63,130 nucleotides of DNA, filler included, from Basidiobolus ranarum (GCA_040143965.1; 34 parts of 34 records of this genome joined end to end with filler, not necessarily neighbours in it); one strand, 5' to 3'. Positions 50,260-63,002 are shown, counted from the first letter of the whole stretch. Notes: generated from the letters alone by a model not told the origin. Numbers and translations: made by a program.

Positions 50260-51605
50260 AGAACATCTGTGGGAGTAAAATGAGCTATTTTAGGGGCAAT
50301 TTGGACAAGTTTGAAATTTCCAATATGGAATTGCTAGTTCTCAGTTTATTCACATATATATATATTATATGTTCTGATTTCAGTTAAGTGATATTTGACT
50401 AAGTAATGCTAACTAACTTATAAGTGATATATGAAATAATTAGGCGTATAAAGATAGAGATAACAAATATGATAAAGACAAGAAACTTCCATACTCCTAC
50501 TCAACTAAATATTCTTATATCTTAATCCTAACTTAAATCTTAAATCTTCACATTTTGGCTTGTAATGGTTTGTTAAGGATGTCAGCAATTATGTCCTCAG
50601 TTGAACAGTACTCCAGTTGGACATGCTTATTCTCAATAGCTTCCCTAAAAAGTGATGTTGGATATCAATGTGCTTACTTCTAGTATGAAATTTGTGATTT
50701 TTAGCTAAAGAAATGCAACTTTGATTATCCTTGAAAATTATGGTGGGTGAACTTTGAATAATGCCCAAGTCTTTGAACAGTTTCCTTAACCACGTAGCCT
50801 CCTTTGTTGTATGTGATGCTGCAATGTACTCTGCTTCAATTGTTGAAAGTGCTATGAAGGGTTGTTTCTTGCTATTCCAAGATATGGCTGCATCACTATA
50901 GAGAAAGGTATATCCAGTGATAGATCTTCTGTCCTCAATATCACGTCCCCAATCTGCATCACTAAACCCAATTAGATCCTTATTCTCATAAGAATATGTG
51001 TATCTTAATCCCAGATCAATTGTCCTCTTCAAATATCTGAAAATCCACTTAACTGCTGCATAATGCTCAGATCCTGGGATTTGCACCAGTTGGTTGACTA
51101 CTCCCACTGCAAAAGAGATATTTAGTTGGGTTCCAGTCATAGCATAGATCAAACTACTACCATAGATTGATAAGGGAACCCAGGGCTATCAAATGACTTA
51201 TTTTAAGCCATATTTGGCCATTTTGATCATTTTGGATGGGATTTTTGACTAGTTTCACACCTGGATCTATGGGAGTTGCTACTGGCTTGCAATTCTCGAT
51301 CCTGTAACGTCTGAGAATGTCTGAGATATATTTAGATAGATTCAGAGTGATAGATTTACTGAATATATCTGTATGGATCTTCAGGCCTAAAAAATATGTA
51401 AGTTCACCTAAATCGGACATCTTGAATTGGACTGATAGATCTCTTTTGGTGCTCCTGCAAGCTTCATCATTATTGGTAGCTATAATCTGATCATCTACAT
51501 CTAAGGCAAGTATCACCTTACTGTCCTTATCTGTCTTAAAGTAGATCCCAAAATCCACCATACTCTTTTGGAAATCAAGTGATTCCAAGTATGTATCTAT
51601 CTTAG
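50260..51605 (-). mobile_element. Copia RT-RNase H with 3' LTR-2 (50260-about 50493)
   Basis: LDVDDQII, MSDLGELTYFLG, GFSDADWG, ALSTIEAEYIA, TRSKHIDI. Confidence 0.95.
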
Positions 51606-51725
51606 TAGACTTGTTCCATCCGACCAGGTCAGATTGTGCTGCTCAATCCAGCCTGCTAGTACACTATCTGGCGCGATCTGTCAATTATCATGGCTGGGTC
51701 CTATAACACTCAATTGGACACTATA
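51606..51725 (+). repeat. Unclassified repeat starting TAGACTTGTTC (second copy 59875-60006)
   Basis: Two copies share a sharp 5' boundary with different flanks. Confidence 0.6.
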
Positions 51726-52113
51726 AGGAACAATATGGCACTATCCCACCACAATTGGACACAATGATTTTATTGGAGATATTGTGCCAGCCTGTACCAA
51801 GTTACCCAATTTAGTATTGCCAAATTACAATTTTGGGTAACTGACAAAGTAAGTTCATCCCCTAGTTTGTAACTTACAAATTACTGAATGTGTAACAATA
51901 AGCAATTTATACTGTAACTTACCCAATCAAATGTATAACCAAGACATTCCCATGTTTTTAGGCCAATCATCTGTTCCTCACTAACACAGTATCATGATTT
52001 TCAATTGGGCACANNNNNNNNNNNNNNNNNNNNNNNNNNNNNNNNNNNNNNNNNNNNTTAATTAATTAANNNNNNNNNNNNNNNNNNNNNNNNNNNNNNN
52101 NNNNNNNNNNNNN

Positions 52114-53867
52114 GAATATATCAAAGAGACTAGGGATTTCAAAGGTGACAAATTAGCGTTCAAGTGGTAATTGTGTAAAATTTGAGTTACGTTTTTTGCA
52201 CATGTGTTGATCCATAGTTCTCTGTGATTTTAGCCAATCATTCACAACTATTTTGCAAGATCTTGGAATTTAACTCCTGAAACTGAAAAAATGATTAAAA
52301 TCAAATCTAGCTCGACAATTTTATGATGGTAAGTAAACGGTCAATCCCAAATGGATTAAAATTGTGACGGTTTACCTATGGCAACAATCCTCAAATTTCT
52401 GTTAGGGATGGTAATACTGATCATTTCACACAGAGCATCATTTCATCACTGGTGTGCTCCATTGGGAACTCCTATAATGTATAGCAAGGGCCTATATTCT
52501 CTAAGCATGGTGAAAGATGTAGCAGGGAATGTATTGAATACCAGCATAGATTGAGTCTATATTCTTTAAGCCTGTAATATAGTTTTTCATATCCAGTTAC
52601 AAAATCTTTGCACAGTTGCTGTATTGGCCAATGATCTGCAAATGTGAGTTGATGCCATAAGATTATATTAACAATATCAACACACCATTCCCAATGATGC
52701 CAATACTCATTGGGCTGAAATCTTTTCAAAATTCCATTTTAATATATACAAATCCAATACTTCCAGTCTTTGCATTTAAATAAGTGCCTAGATCAGTGGA
52801 TAATGATGAGAGTCCTGGTAAAATATGATGGTATCTTGATGTTTTCAAGCATTTTTTCCAATTGATTCAAACTTTGATCCTATCTCCAATGGCTCATTCA
52901 TATTGAATTTTCTGATATATAGTGGAGAAAGGAACATTGGAATGTTGTTGAATAGTAAGTACATAGTGCCTGACGGGAATATCTGGCTCCAGCTAATCCT
53001 CTTTCACAATATAATCATAGGCTTATTGCTGATACCAAGTTTGATGTTAGACTGACTATTTGGTGAATAGATATCAGTGATCATTTTGAAATCTGACCAG
53101 GCTCTTGATAGTGAGATCATGGAGTTTAGTGTGGTATTTGGATAGTTTGCTAACAGAAATTTGGGGATTGTTATTGTAGGAAAACCATCACAATTGTAAT
53201 CCAATTGGGATTGATTGTTTACTTACAGCATAACAATGTCTAGTTAGATTTGTTTTTAATCAATTTTTCAGTTTCAGGAGTGAAATTTCAAGATCCTGCA
53301 AAATAGTTTTGCATGATTGGCTACAATCTAAGAGAACTATGGATCAACACATGTGCAAAAAATGGAATGCAAATTTTACACAATTTCCACCTGAATGCTA
53401 ATTTGTCACCTTTGAAATCCCTATTCTCTTTGATAAACTCTCCTGAATATTTTTATAGAGTTCTTCATACCCAAGGTTTAGCTCACACCCAACACAAGTT
53501 TGTGTCAATATCTCCATCAAAGCCTATCATTGTATTAACATTGCTGAATCAACATTCTTCCAGCTATCTGGTGGATATCCTGCAATATTGTGCCACTCTG
53601 TATTAAGTTCTTGCCAGATATCTGCAGAGTCAACACCAGACTAAATTTCAAGTTGAAAGTTTTTCTTCTGAAGCCACTTTCTGCATACTTGCACTGCATT
53701 TTCCCTTCATACTTTTGAAAATACTCCTCAAGCGCTTTGACTATTTTTGTATGTCCTTGTAGTGTGACACTACTAATGGTGCTTTGCAGTGTTTGTGTGA
53801 CTTTTTGCTTGCCTTTAGGTTTGGGCTAACTTCAACACTTTGAAAAGTACCAGTGGAGGTTGGAGAG
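52114..53867. mobile_element. CMC mosaic: left end (terminus 52407), transposase core (-, 52408-53147), left end plus ORF-A C-terminus (from about 53148)
   Basis: Two left-type TIRs (CCCTAACAGAAAT, the second eroded) flank transposase interior. Confidence 0.88.
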
Positions 53868-53968
53868 NNNNNNNNNNNNNNNNNNNNNNNNNNNNNNNNN
53901 NNNNNNNNNNNTTAATTAATTAANNNNNNNNNNNNNNNNNNNNNNNNNNNNNNNNNNNNNNNNNNNNT

Positions 53969-54184
53969 GACTCTGAGCGCCAACAAGTTATCCATGGTGC
54001 TGAAGAGCATGAGCTTGTCTACTCTGGATTGGAGGATACCATGATCAAGGCATGTGAAGAGACTCGTTTGACTGCTGAGGAGTTTGAAAGCAATGATTAC
54101 CGTACTGCAGCTATTGCCAATGCCATCCGTAAGATCGCCTCCTGCTTAGAGGGCACTGGTATCATGTTCACCAATCGTGGATAA
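53969..54184 (+). CDS. Glutamate dehydrogenase (GLUD1-like) C-terminus
   Basis: QVIHGAEEHELVYSGLEDTM...DYRTAAIANAIRKIASCLEGTGIMFTNRG* matches the animal GDH pattern GASEKDIVHSGLAYTM..DLRTAAYVNAI. Confidence 0.9.
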   Translation, partial: DSERQQVIHGAEEHELVYSGLEDTMIKACEETRLTAEEFESNDYRTAAIANAIRKIASCLEGTGIMFTNRG

Positions 54185-55606
54185 GTACTTCGTTAGGTGT
54201 GGCTTAAAATGGTATACTTGTATGCTATACGTCGAAACCATTTCAGAAATATTCCTTATGAATTTTAGAAAATCATTGATTCAAGCTTTACTCGTGTTGA
54301 CGCGTTTAACTTAAATAAATAAATATATATTTGGGCAATATTCAATACATGTCAAATTGTGATCAATCATAACATTTGCTTATTGGTAGTGAGTTAATTT
54401 ATGTTTGGATACACTAGCATTTGAATTGAGTTTTTAGCTAGTAATTTGAATATCTATGATATTGCATCATCAGTAAATGTGTCCGGATTCCTGGGACTAC
54501 GAAACGGATTTGCAATCTTTTAATCTTGTGCGCCCCATCTGGAAAGTCTGCATTACCTTAATATAAAGGGTTTAGTACTACCTTAAGAAATATATATATA
54601 ATAATTGTAAAAGGCTACTATTATAGTCGGGTCTCTACGGGTGAACTCGTTACAATATCAAATATGACCCGTAGTGGCTGTGAATACCATGCGGCACATG
54701 GATAGGAGAAGCTGAATTAAGGTTGATTAATTTCAGAGCTTGGAGGATAAACCTCTCAATATCCACAATATTCATGTGATTACCCCACTCCTCCTCCTAA
54801 TTCAGGTTCAGAGCAAACTGAGATGTGTAGTAGGTTTGCAGTGGATGGAATCTAGTACTAAGAGAACCCTCAGTTTACCGCCAATTGCAATTAGGCCCGG
54901 GTCTCTAAGTCAGTTTAAAATTTCAAGTTATTTAATGGTTTTAGTGATAATCTCGCATTGATGTTTATTAGCTAACAACCTCACCCACTGATTACACGTG
55001 AAAGTGTAATCAATGAAAATCTATCACCTCAGTCAGATGATGTTCAAAAGGGGTTTCCGATTTTCGCCGATATTTATCCTCAATACCTTATGATTAACCG
55101 AGTAAATTACAGCTTAAATTGTATCCAAACTACATTGCCAGTCACTGGATGGTACTAATGGCACCTGCTCGTGCTCCTGCCTTATGCTACCCAAAATGGT
55201 CACAAAATTAGCAGTCCTGCGAAGTTCTCACTCAAACCACATCGCTATTTTGGATTCAATAAAAGGAATCATTCATAAAGCAACTTTCCCGTACTTGTGT
55301 CACATCGGAAAAATTCCTTTTATCGTGGTCATTTCGAACCCTAGTTAACAATTAAATTTCCATACATTTTAATCAGAAGAGGCAAAGGGTTAGATCGTTG
55401 TATCTAATCCTCTCACGAGACGAGGAATGGGTGAATTCCAGATTAGGAATATATACTAACCAATGGGTCATGCGTTCAATATGAAAAAGATTAATGAAAT
55501 CATGACGAGGCACTATAGATTTGGAGATAAAGATAGTTCAAACTTGACATATAAGCCGATAAATCCATCTCGAGAACATCAATCTTCAACACAAGTCAAT
55601 ATCACT

Positions 55607-55720
55607 ATGAAATACCAAGGAAACGAAAATGCCGCATGCGAGGCCCACGAGCCTAACTTCCTTCAATGTGTTGAAGAATTCTTTGATATTGCCGCCAAGG
55701 CTAGTGGAGTCAAGAAATCT
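55607..55720 (+). CDS. Glutamate dehydrogenase N-terminus, tandem second copy
   Basis: MKYQGNENAACEAHEPNFLQCVEEFFDIAA resembles GLUD DPNFFKMVEGFFD. ACT-ATG context, with CATATAAG about 55 nt upstream. Confidence 0.75.
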
Positions 55721-55820
55721 NNNNNNNNNNNNNNNNNNNNNNNNNNNNNNNNNNNNNNNNNNNNTTAATTAATTAANNNNNNNNNNNNNNNNNNNNNNNN
55801 NNNNNNNNNNNNNNNNNNNN

Positions 55821-56185
55821 ATATTGATACAAACTTGTGTTGGGTATGAGCTAAACCTTGGGTATGAAGAACTCTATAAAAATATTCAGGACAATATATC
55901 AAAAAGGCTACGGATTTCAAAGGTGTCAAATTAGCATTCAAGTGGTAATTGTGTAAAATTTGAGTTATTTTTTTGCACATGTGTTGATCCATAGTTCTCC
56001 AAAATTGTAGCCAATCATGCACAACTATTTTGTAAGATCTTAGAATTTCACTCCTAAAACTGAAAAAATTGATTAAAATCAAATCTAACTTGACAATTTT
56101 ATGATAGTAAGTAAATGGGCAATCCCAATTGGATTAAAATTATGATGTTTTTCCTATGATAACAATCCTGAAATTTCTGTTAGGG
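55821..56185 (-). mobile_element. CMC left end (terminus 56185)
   Basis: AAATTTCTGTTAGGG. Confidence 0.88.
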
Positions 56186-57325
56186 TGAGTTGTTTCAATG
56201 GGTACACTAAATAAATTGATTTGGATGAAAATATAATTAACCTTTGCTGATCCAGTTTATTATATAATTTCCATGCAATTGCACATAATTGAAATAATCA
56301 GGATAATAAATTCAAACAGATATTTTATTATACAGAATACCAAGAATTTTAGCATGATAATTGAAATTTTTTAAGAAACAACTCATGCATGCCAGATCAA
56401 TCAGTATTGTGCCAGCTTAATACAAGAATAATATGATGCTCTCCATCTACTCTAAATGGTCATTCCTCATTAATCAAAAAGCAACTACTAGCTTTCCTAG
56501 CATCACCCTAGAAGCTATATTTCAGAAATACTATGGCTCATATACTCCAATACCTGCCAGAAAGCAGCTAGTCAATTTGTTTTGTAACCACAAAAACTAT
56601 TTTCCAATTAGATTTCAGTGCACTATTAATGGTAGCAAAAGTGGGAGAAACTTCCATACCAGGCTTCAAGAAAGTTTGTATTATCTAGTTTCAATCATGA
56701 ATGATGTTGAAGATGCCTGGGACAAACGATTTAGAGACTCTAATTTCCTTCCATTTCCATTTGGGATACTTAGGTATTGGAGTATATTAGCCACTGTATT
56801 TCTCAAATATAGCTTCTAGGGTGGTGATAGGAAAGCCAGTAGTTGCTTTTGGATTAATGAGGAATGACCATTTAGAGTAGATGGGGAGCATGATTTTAAT
56901 CTTGTATTGGGCTGGCATGATACTGATCAATCTGGCGCATGCAAGTTATTTATCTAAGAATTTCTATTATCATGGTAAAATTCCCTACATTTTGTATAAT
57001 AAAATTTCTGTTTCTGTTTATTATCCTAATTATTTCAATTACATGTAATTGCATGGAAATTCGATAAAAAACTGCATCAGCAAAGTTAATCATAGTTTGA
57101 TCCAAATCAATTTATTTAGCATACATATTGAAATGGCTCAAAGCGGAATGCATTATTCTTGATCACACTATAGGAAATTAACTTTGACATTTTAACTAAT
57201 GATATAAAAAGATCCCTAATTCTGCTGGAAACCAATAAAGTCTAACATCATAGATATACATGGTAGTTACATATTATGTCAAAACATATTCCTCCTGATT
57301 CACATCCTACTTTGGTATAGGAAAC
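56186..57325. mobile_element. Two inverted partial copies of the Harbinger-like element (junction about 56760-56775)
   Basis: Both arms are homologous to 3750-4510. Confidence 0.75.
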
Positions 57326-57673
57326 TGATAAAAGTGCTTAAGGGATTTGGAAGGGTTTTAGACAAGATTTGGATATGTGAATTAGACACTTAAGTATTAT
57401 TGAATTGAATATGTCCTATTTAAAGTTTACCATGAAATAGGACTATTGGATGTGCTTAGATTATAACAAACATGCCTGTTAAGCATGGGTGAAAATTTGA
57501 GGTGATTTGGAGAAGTTTTGAGAAAATAGTGAAAATTGGTAAAAGTGATCTAATTGATATTTCTATCAATTAGNNNNNNNNNNNNNNNNNNNNNNNNNNN
57601 NNNNNNNNNNNNNNNNNTTAATTAATTAANNNNNNNNNNNNNNNNNNNNNNNNNNNNNNNNNNNNNNNNNNNN

Positions 57674-59426
57674 GATCAGATCCATAATTTTGAAGGTATT
57701 GGCACATAACTCCCACAGAATATGCAATATCTGGCCATGTTCCAACCATGATATACATCAAACTACCAACCACAGATTGATAAGCAAATTTCTGGCTTTC
57801 ATTTGAATAAAAAAACGTCTGATTTGAGCCATTTTTAGTGAAGTTAAGATTTGTCTCCATTGGGGTAGATATTGGATTACATTCTTCCATTTTAAACTTC
57901 TTTAGTATATCTAGGATTTACTTGAACTGGTTTAAAGTTATTGTTTTAGTAGTTCTAACTATCTTAATATAGATTCCAAGATAGTATGTCAGTTCACCAA
58001 GATCAGTCATTTTAAATTTGGCAGATAAGCTGGGTTTGTTTCCTCCAAAGTCTTCAAGTCATTGGCAGCAATAATAGGGTCATCAACATTAAAGGCTAAT
58101 AAAATGGGGTTTGTCTTTTCTGGCCTGAAGTAGATACTATAGTCCACATTATTCTTTGAAATTTGGGTGTTTCCAAAAAAGCACCTATCTTGCTATTGCA
58201 AGCTCTCAGTGATTGTTTTAAGCCATAGAGTGTTTTCCAGAGTCTGCAAACTTTTTCAGGGTTTTCTGGTCCACAAATCCCTCTGGCAGCTCTATATAGA
58301 GCTCCTCAGCAAGCTCACCGTTCAAAAAAGCAGCTGTAACATCCATTTGATCTATAATCAACCAATATTTAGCTGAAATTGCTAAATCAATCTAATCAAA
58401 TTAAAGTTTGTTACAGGGGCAAAAGTTTCTGTATAACCTATTCCTGGTGTTTGAGAAAAGCCTTTGACTACTAGTCTAGCCTTGTACCTTTCCATAATGC
58501 CATTAGAGTTGTATTTAACTTTAACACCCATTGGCAGCTAATTGATTTTCTATCATTTAGTAAGTTGGTTGAAATCCAAGTTTGATTGACACTGAAGCCT
58601 GGTACTCATTAGCCATTGCAAATCTCCAAAATTCTGTGTGAGGGCCATTAAGAGCCTCTTTTACAGTCTGGGGTTCATGAGTTTGAGCAATGTAGGCATA
58701 GGTGCAATTTTGGGACTCAATGATATCATCATCAGGGCTATTTCTGATCCCATTTGAACTCCTGGTTTAGGATAAAGGTACTACAGCTTCTGGCATTGTA
58801 TGGGGCACTTCAGTGGGCAAACTTTGGTTGAAGGGTCCACAGGAATGCTATTTTCTTCATTGTTTTGGTTTGAATAAATTTGAATGATTGGATCCGGAGA
58901 AAATTGATTTTATCATCATCTGAGATCATTTTGGATGAAAATATTTCATTTTCATTAAACAAGACATCCCTGGACTTGATTAAATTGAAAATTTTGGTAT
59001 CATAGAGTTTGTAGGCCTTAGTTTGAGTACAATAACCCAGAAATATGTGTTTCTTACTTTTTGGATCAATTTTAGACCAATTTTTGGTCACAATTTTGAC
59101 ATAAGCAATGCATTCAACAATCCTCAAATGTTATACATGAGATTTAACTCCAAGCCAAGCCTGATATGGTGTAGAGTTAGACAGACTTCTAGTAAAAGTC
59201 CTATTCTTTAGATATTCAGCTGTAGCAACAGATTCTGTCCAAAAGTTATGAGATAAATATGGTGCATTTAGCATAGATCTTGCCATTTCTATTATAGTCA
59301 TGTTAGCTCTTTTACCAACTCCATTTTGTTGAGGTGAATAGGGAGCAGTAGTTTCTTGCTTAATTCCATGAACTTTGGAAAAGTGCTTAAATAGTGTTGA
59401 AGTATATTCTCCACCATTATCAGTAC
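57674..59426 (-). mobile_element. Copia integrase-RT (decayed)
   Basis: [50 protein letters not shown]. Confidence 0.95.
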
Positions 59427-60006
59427 NNNNNNNNNNNNNNNNNNNNNNNNNNNNNNNNNNNNNNNNNNNNTTAATTAATTAANNNNNNNNNNNNNNNNNN
59501 NNNNNNNNNNNNNNNNNNNNNNNNNNGGCAACCTCAAATTGATACTAATATTTACTTCTCCCATAAACACTGCCGTGATGTGAATGCTGTATCAATCAAG
59601 TGTAGTGTACTTTTAAACTTTGTACCTAGCCTTTATTACTACTATCTGCTTATTATTGGAATTCAGTACTTGCAAATGAACCTTGGCAATAAAGTTATTT
59701 CTCTCTGTAACCTAAAGTCTATTGTTTGTGACAACTTGCAATGGATGCTATTACATAATATTGTTGTCCAATTTTACTCCTTGATTGTAGCATGCTAGGG
59801 GGGATGAAATGCAACAAATGATGCAAACTCTGCTTAGTTAAGTACTAATCTAAATAACATCACAGATAGGACAATAGACTTGTTCTGTCAGACCAGGCCA
59901 GATAGTGCTGTGCAATCCAACCTGCTAACACTTTGTCTGGCAAGATCAGGCAGTTACCAATTGGCTGATCAGCCAGGTCCTATAACACATGATTGGACAC
60001 TGTAAG

Positions 60007-60368
60007 TGTTGAAGTTTATTATCTTTATCATATTTGTTATCTCCATCTTTATACACCTAATTATTTCATGTATCACATATAAGTTAGTTAAGATTACTTA
60101 GTCAAATATCACTTAACTGCAAATTGGAACGTATATTATATATATGTGAATAATATGAGAATTAGCAGTTCCATATTGAAAATTTCAAACTTGTCCAAAT
60201 TGCCCCAAAGATAGCTCATTTTACTCCCACAGATGTTTTGAAAACAACACCAGTGTTAGTTTTCTGTATTTTCACCACAATATATAAATGCTTCATTTCT
60301 GGACAATAAATAATTATCTCACAATGCTATTCACAACTCCACTTTTCTAAAGTTCCTCCAAATAGCCA
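60007..60368 (+). repeat. Copia LTR-2 (near full length)
   Basis: TGTTGAAGTTTATT start. Copies at 24044, 25366, 34748, 44693, 50260. Confidence 0.85.
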
Positions 60369-60369
60369 A

Positions 60370-61278
60370 TTTGAATAATTGGATCAGGAAAAAGTCAATT
60401 TTTGTCATCATCTGAGGGCATTTTTGGTAAATATTTTTTGTTCTCATTTAACAAAACATCTATGGACTTGATTAGCTTTGAAACTTTGGTATCATACAGT
60501 CTGTAGGCCTTAGTTTGACTGCCATAACCCAGAAATATGCATTTCTTACTTTTTAAATCAAATTTAGACCATTTTTTGGTCACAATTTTGAACTAAGCTA
60601 TATATCCAAAAATCCTCAAATGTTTTACATCAGGTTTAACTCCAGACTAAGCTTGATATGGTGTAGAGTTAGACAGACTTCTAGTAGAACTCCTATTCTT
60701 TAGATATATAGCTGTAGCAACTTATTCTGCCCAAACACTATAAGAAAATTTTGTGTATGTATCATAGATCTTGACATTTCTTTTATAGTCCTGCTATCTC
60801 TTTCAGCAACTCCGTTCTGTTCAGGTGAATAGGGGGCAGTAGTTTCTTGCTTAATTCCATGAACTTTGCAAAAGTGATTAAATAGTATTGTGGGATATTG
60901 TCAACCATTTTTCATACATATTTTCTTGATTTTAGTTCTAGTTTCAGTCCCCACAAGTGTTTTAAAATCTCTAAACACAGAGAGTGCTTCTTCTTTTCTT
61001 TCCATAAAGTAGATCCAAGTGTATCTTGTATAATCATCAATCAATATGATCAAATATCTTTTCCTGCCTAAGGATAAGTTTTACATAGGTCCACACAAAT
61101 CTGAATAAATTAGATCCAATTTTTTGATAGATTTGATTGAACCAGATGTTGAAATTAGCTTTGCCAAAACACCTATATAGTCATAAGTAGCTTAGTACTT
61201 AGCTATCTTATAATTCACTAAGATGTTATCCATTATTCTCAATTGGAATTTACTTGGAATATTTTTACCAACTTAGAA
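60370..61278 (-). mobile_element. Copia integrase interrupted by LTR-1 (61147-61278, +)
   Basis: LIYSDLCGP, LIDDYTRYTWIYF, PEQNGVAER, KSKKCIFLGY. Confidence 0.92.
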
Positions 61279-62030
61279 NNNNNNNNNNNNNNNNNNNNNN
61301 NNNNNNNNNNNNNNNNNNNNNNTTAATTAATTAANNNNNNNNNNNNNNNNNNNNNNNNNNNNNNNNNNNNNNNNNNNNGATCCTTTGGATTCTGAGTTAG
61401 CTTTACAGCTGCATGAAACAAAACAGCCTGAAATTGTTGCTATAGACTTCCAGCTAGCCCTTTGGAAGCAATCCCTTGGCTCCAGGACACCTTTCTTAAT
61501 TCCCATTATTCCCGGTTTTTGTCCTATTGTCCATCTGGTATGCACTGAGTACCTTCATTTCTGTTTACTACCTTTGCCCCTTAACACTATATTTACATCC
61601 ACTCAGCTTGATTACATTGGGCATCAGGTTAAGTAAGGATATGATCTAGTATTGTCACAATATCTTAAAAGATTGATGTCTTGATTGTCACTTTATTTAG
61701 ATTAGTATTTAAGCTAAATAAAGTCCACACCATCTTGTGTTTTTCATCCCCCTAACCCTCTAGCACAAATTTGAAAAATATACATATATGAGAACTTCTA
61801 AGTCGGTAAAATTATTCTAAGTAAATTCCAATCGAGAATAATGGATAATATCTTGGTGAATTATATGATAACTGGGTTCTAAGCTCTATATGACTATATA
61901 GATGTCTAGGCAATGCTAAGTTCAACAACCCCATCATGTCTCTTCCCAGAGTCACTATCAATTACTTCAGACTCAACCATTCACAACCTCAAAGTGAACC
62001 AGAGCACCATCTAAGCAAGTCTTTTCCAAG

Positions 62031-62500
62031 CCACAAAGATTTCCAATTACTTCTGATACTCCTCCAGCAGCCAACTGGACTATATGCTACTTCTGCAATG
62101 CAGGTTATCTTCCTATATCTGAGCAAAAAAATATCTCAAGTTGTCAGGTATTTATATGCCAAGAATTGTTAACCTTCAGTATATTTCTAGAAACCTATTA
62201 GAAGTCATACTTGACAAGGATATTGCTGATCTTTTCATAGAAGAAGTCAAGGAATACCTTGAATGGGATCTCTTTGATCATACTTTCAAACAGCATATTG
62301 ACAGCCCTCTTTTTGCACCTCTCTCTTTGGAAAAGGAACTCGTAGCAAGATTCACAAGTCTGCTAAAAAACTCTCCCTCTCTTCAAGTCACAAGTTTTCT
62401 AAAAAATTACTACAGTGAACAAGCAGTTGAACTTCATTCTCCACTAGACTTTGACATTGAACATCTATGGGAAATAGCAAACTCTAAGATTTTCAACTAA
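62031..62500 (+). pseudogene. Possible non-LTR retrotransposon ORF1-like fragment
   Basis: With one frameshift: NWTICYFCNAGYLPISEQK/YLKLSGIYMPRIVNLQYISRNLLEVILDKD, reminiscent of zygomycete LINE ORF1. Its 3' end is repeated at about 8890-9020. Confidence 0.35.
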
Positions 62501-63002
62501 CCTCAGTATTTCCATATTACATTATTTTTTTATATATTAACTTCAACTTTTATTGTTAGCATATTATGCTACATTGGCTTATTTGTTTAATTGTTGTTGA
62601 TCAGTTTATTAAATAAATATTACACCCTGTGGTGTTTATCATCCCCCTTGACTTTTGCTTTCATTTTGGCTTCTATGCTAATTTGTGTTGTAGGACTTGA
62701 GATTAATAAAGATTACACCTTGTGGTGCTATTCATCCCCCCTACTGTTTATGCTTACTTGGGAAGGAACTAAAGGCACCTTCTCAGCTGACAGTAACTTA
62801 TGACTATTAGCAACTCCCAGGTCTAGCTCACTAGGAACTCTCTACTTTTGGCTCCATCCCTTCTGTAAAACTCTACTCAGGCCCCATTCCTTCTGGAATA
62901 TTTTACTCTTGGCTCCATCTAATATGGAATACTCTTAGACCTAGGTTACTACAAAACTCAGCTCAGTCAACATCTTGACTTTATCTTTGACTATGATATT
63001 CT

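Noticed and set aside
1769-61378. Regularly spaced TTAATTAATTAA palindromes resembling a CRISPR or repeat array
   Set aside because: They are embedded in fixed N44 runs. This is an assembly linker between size-sorted contigs.
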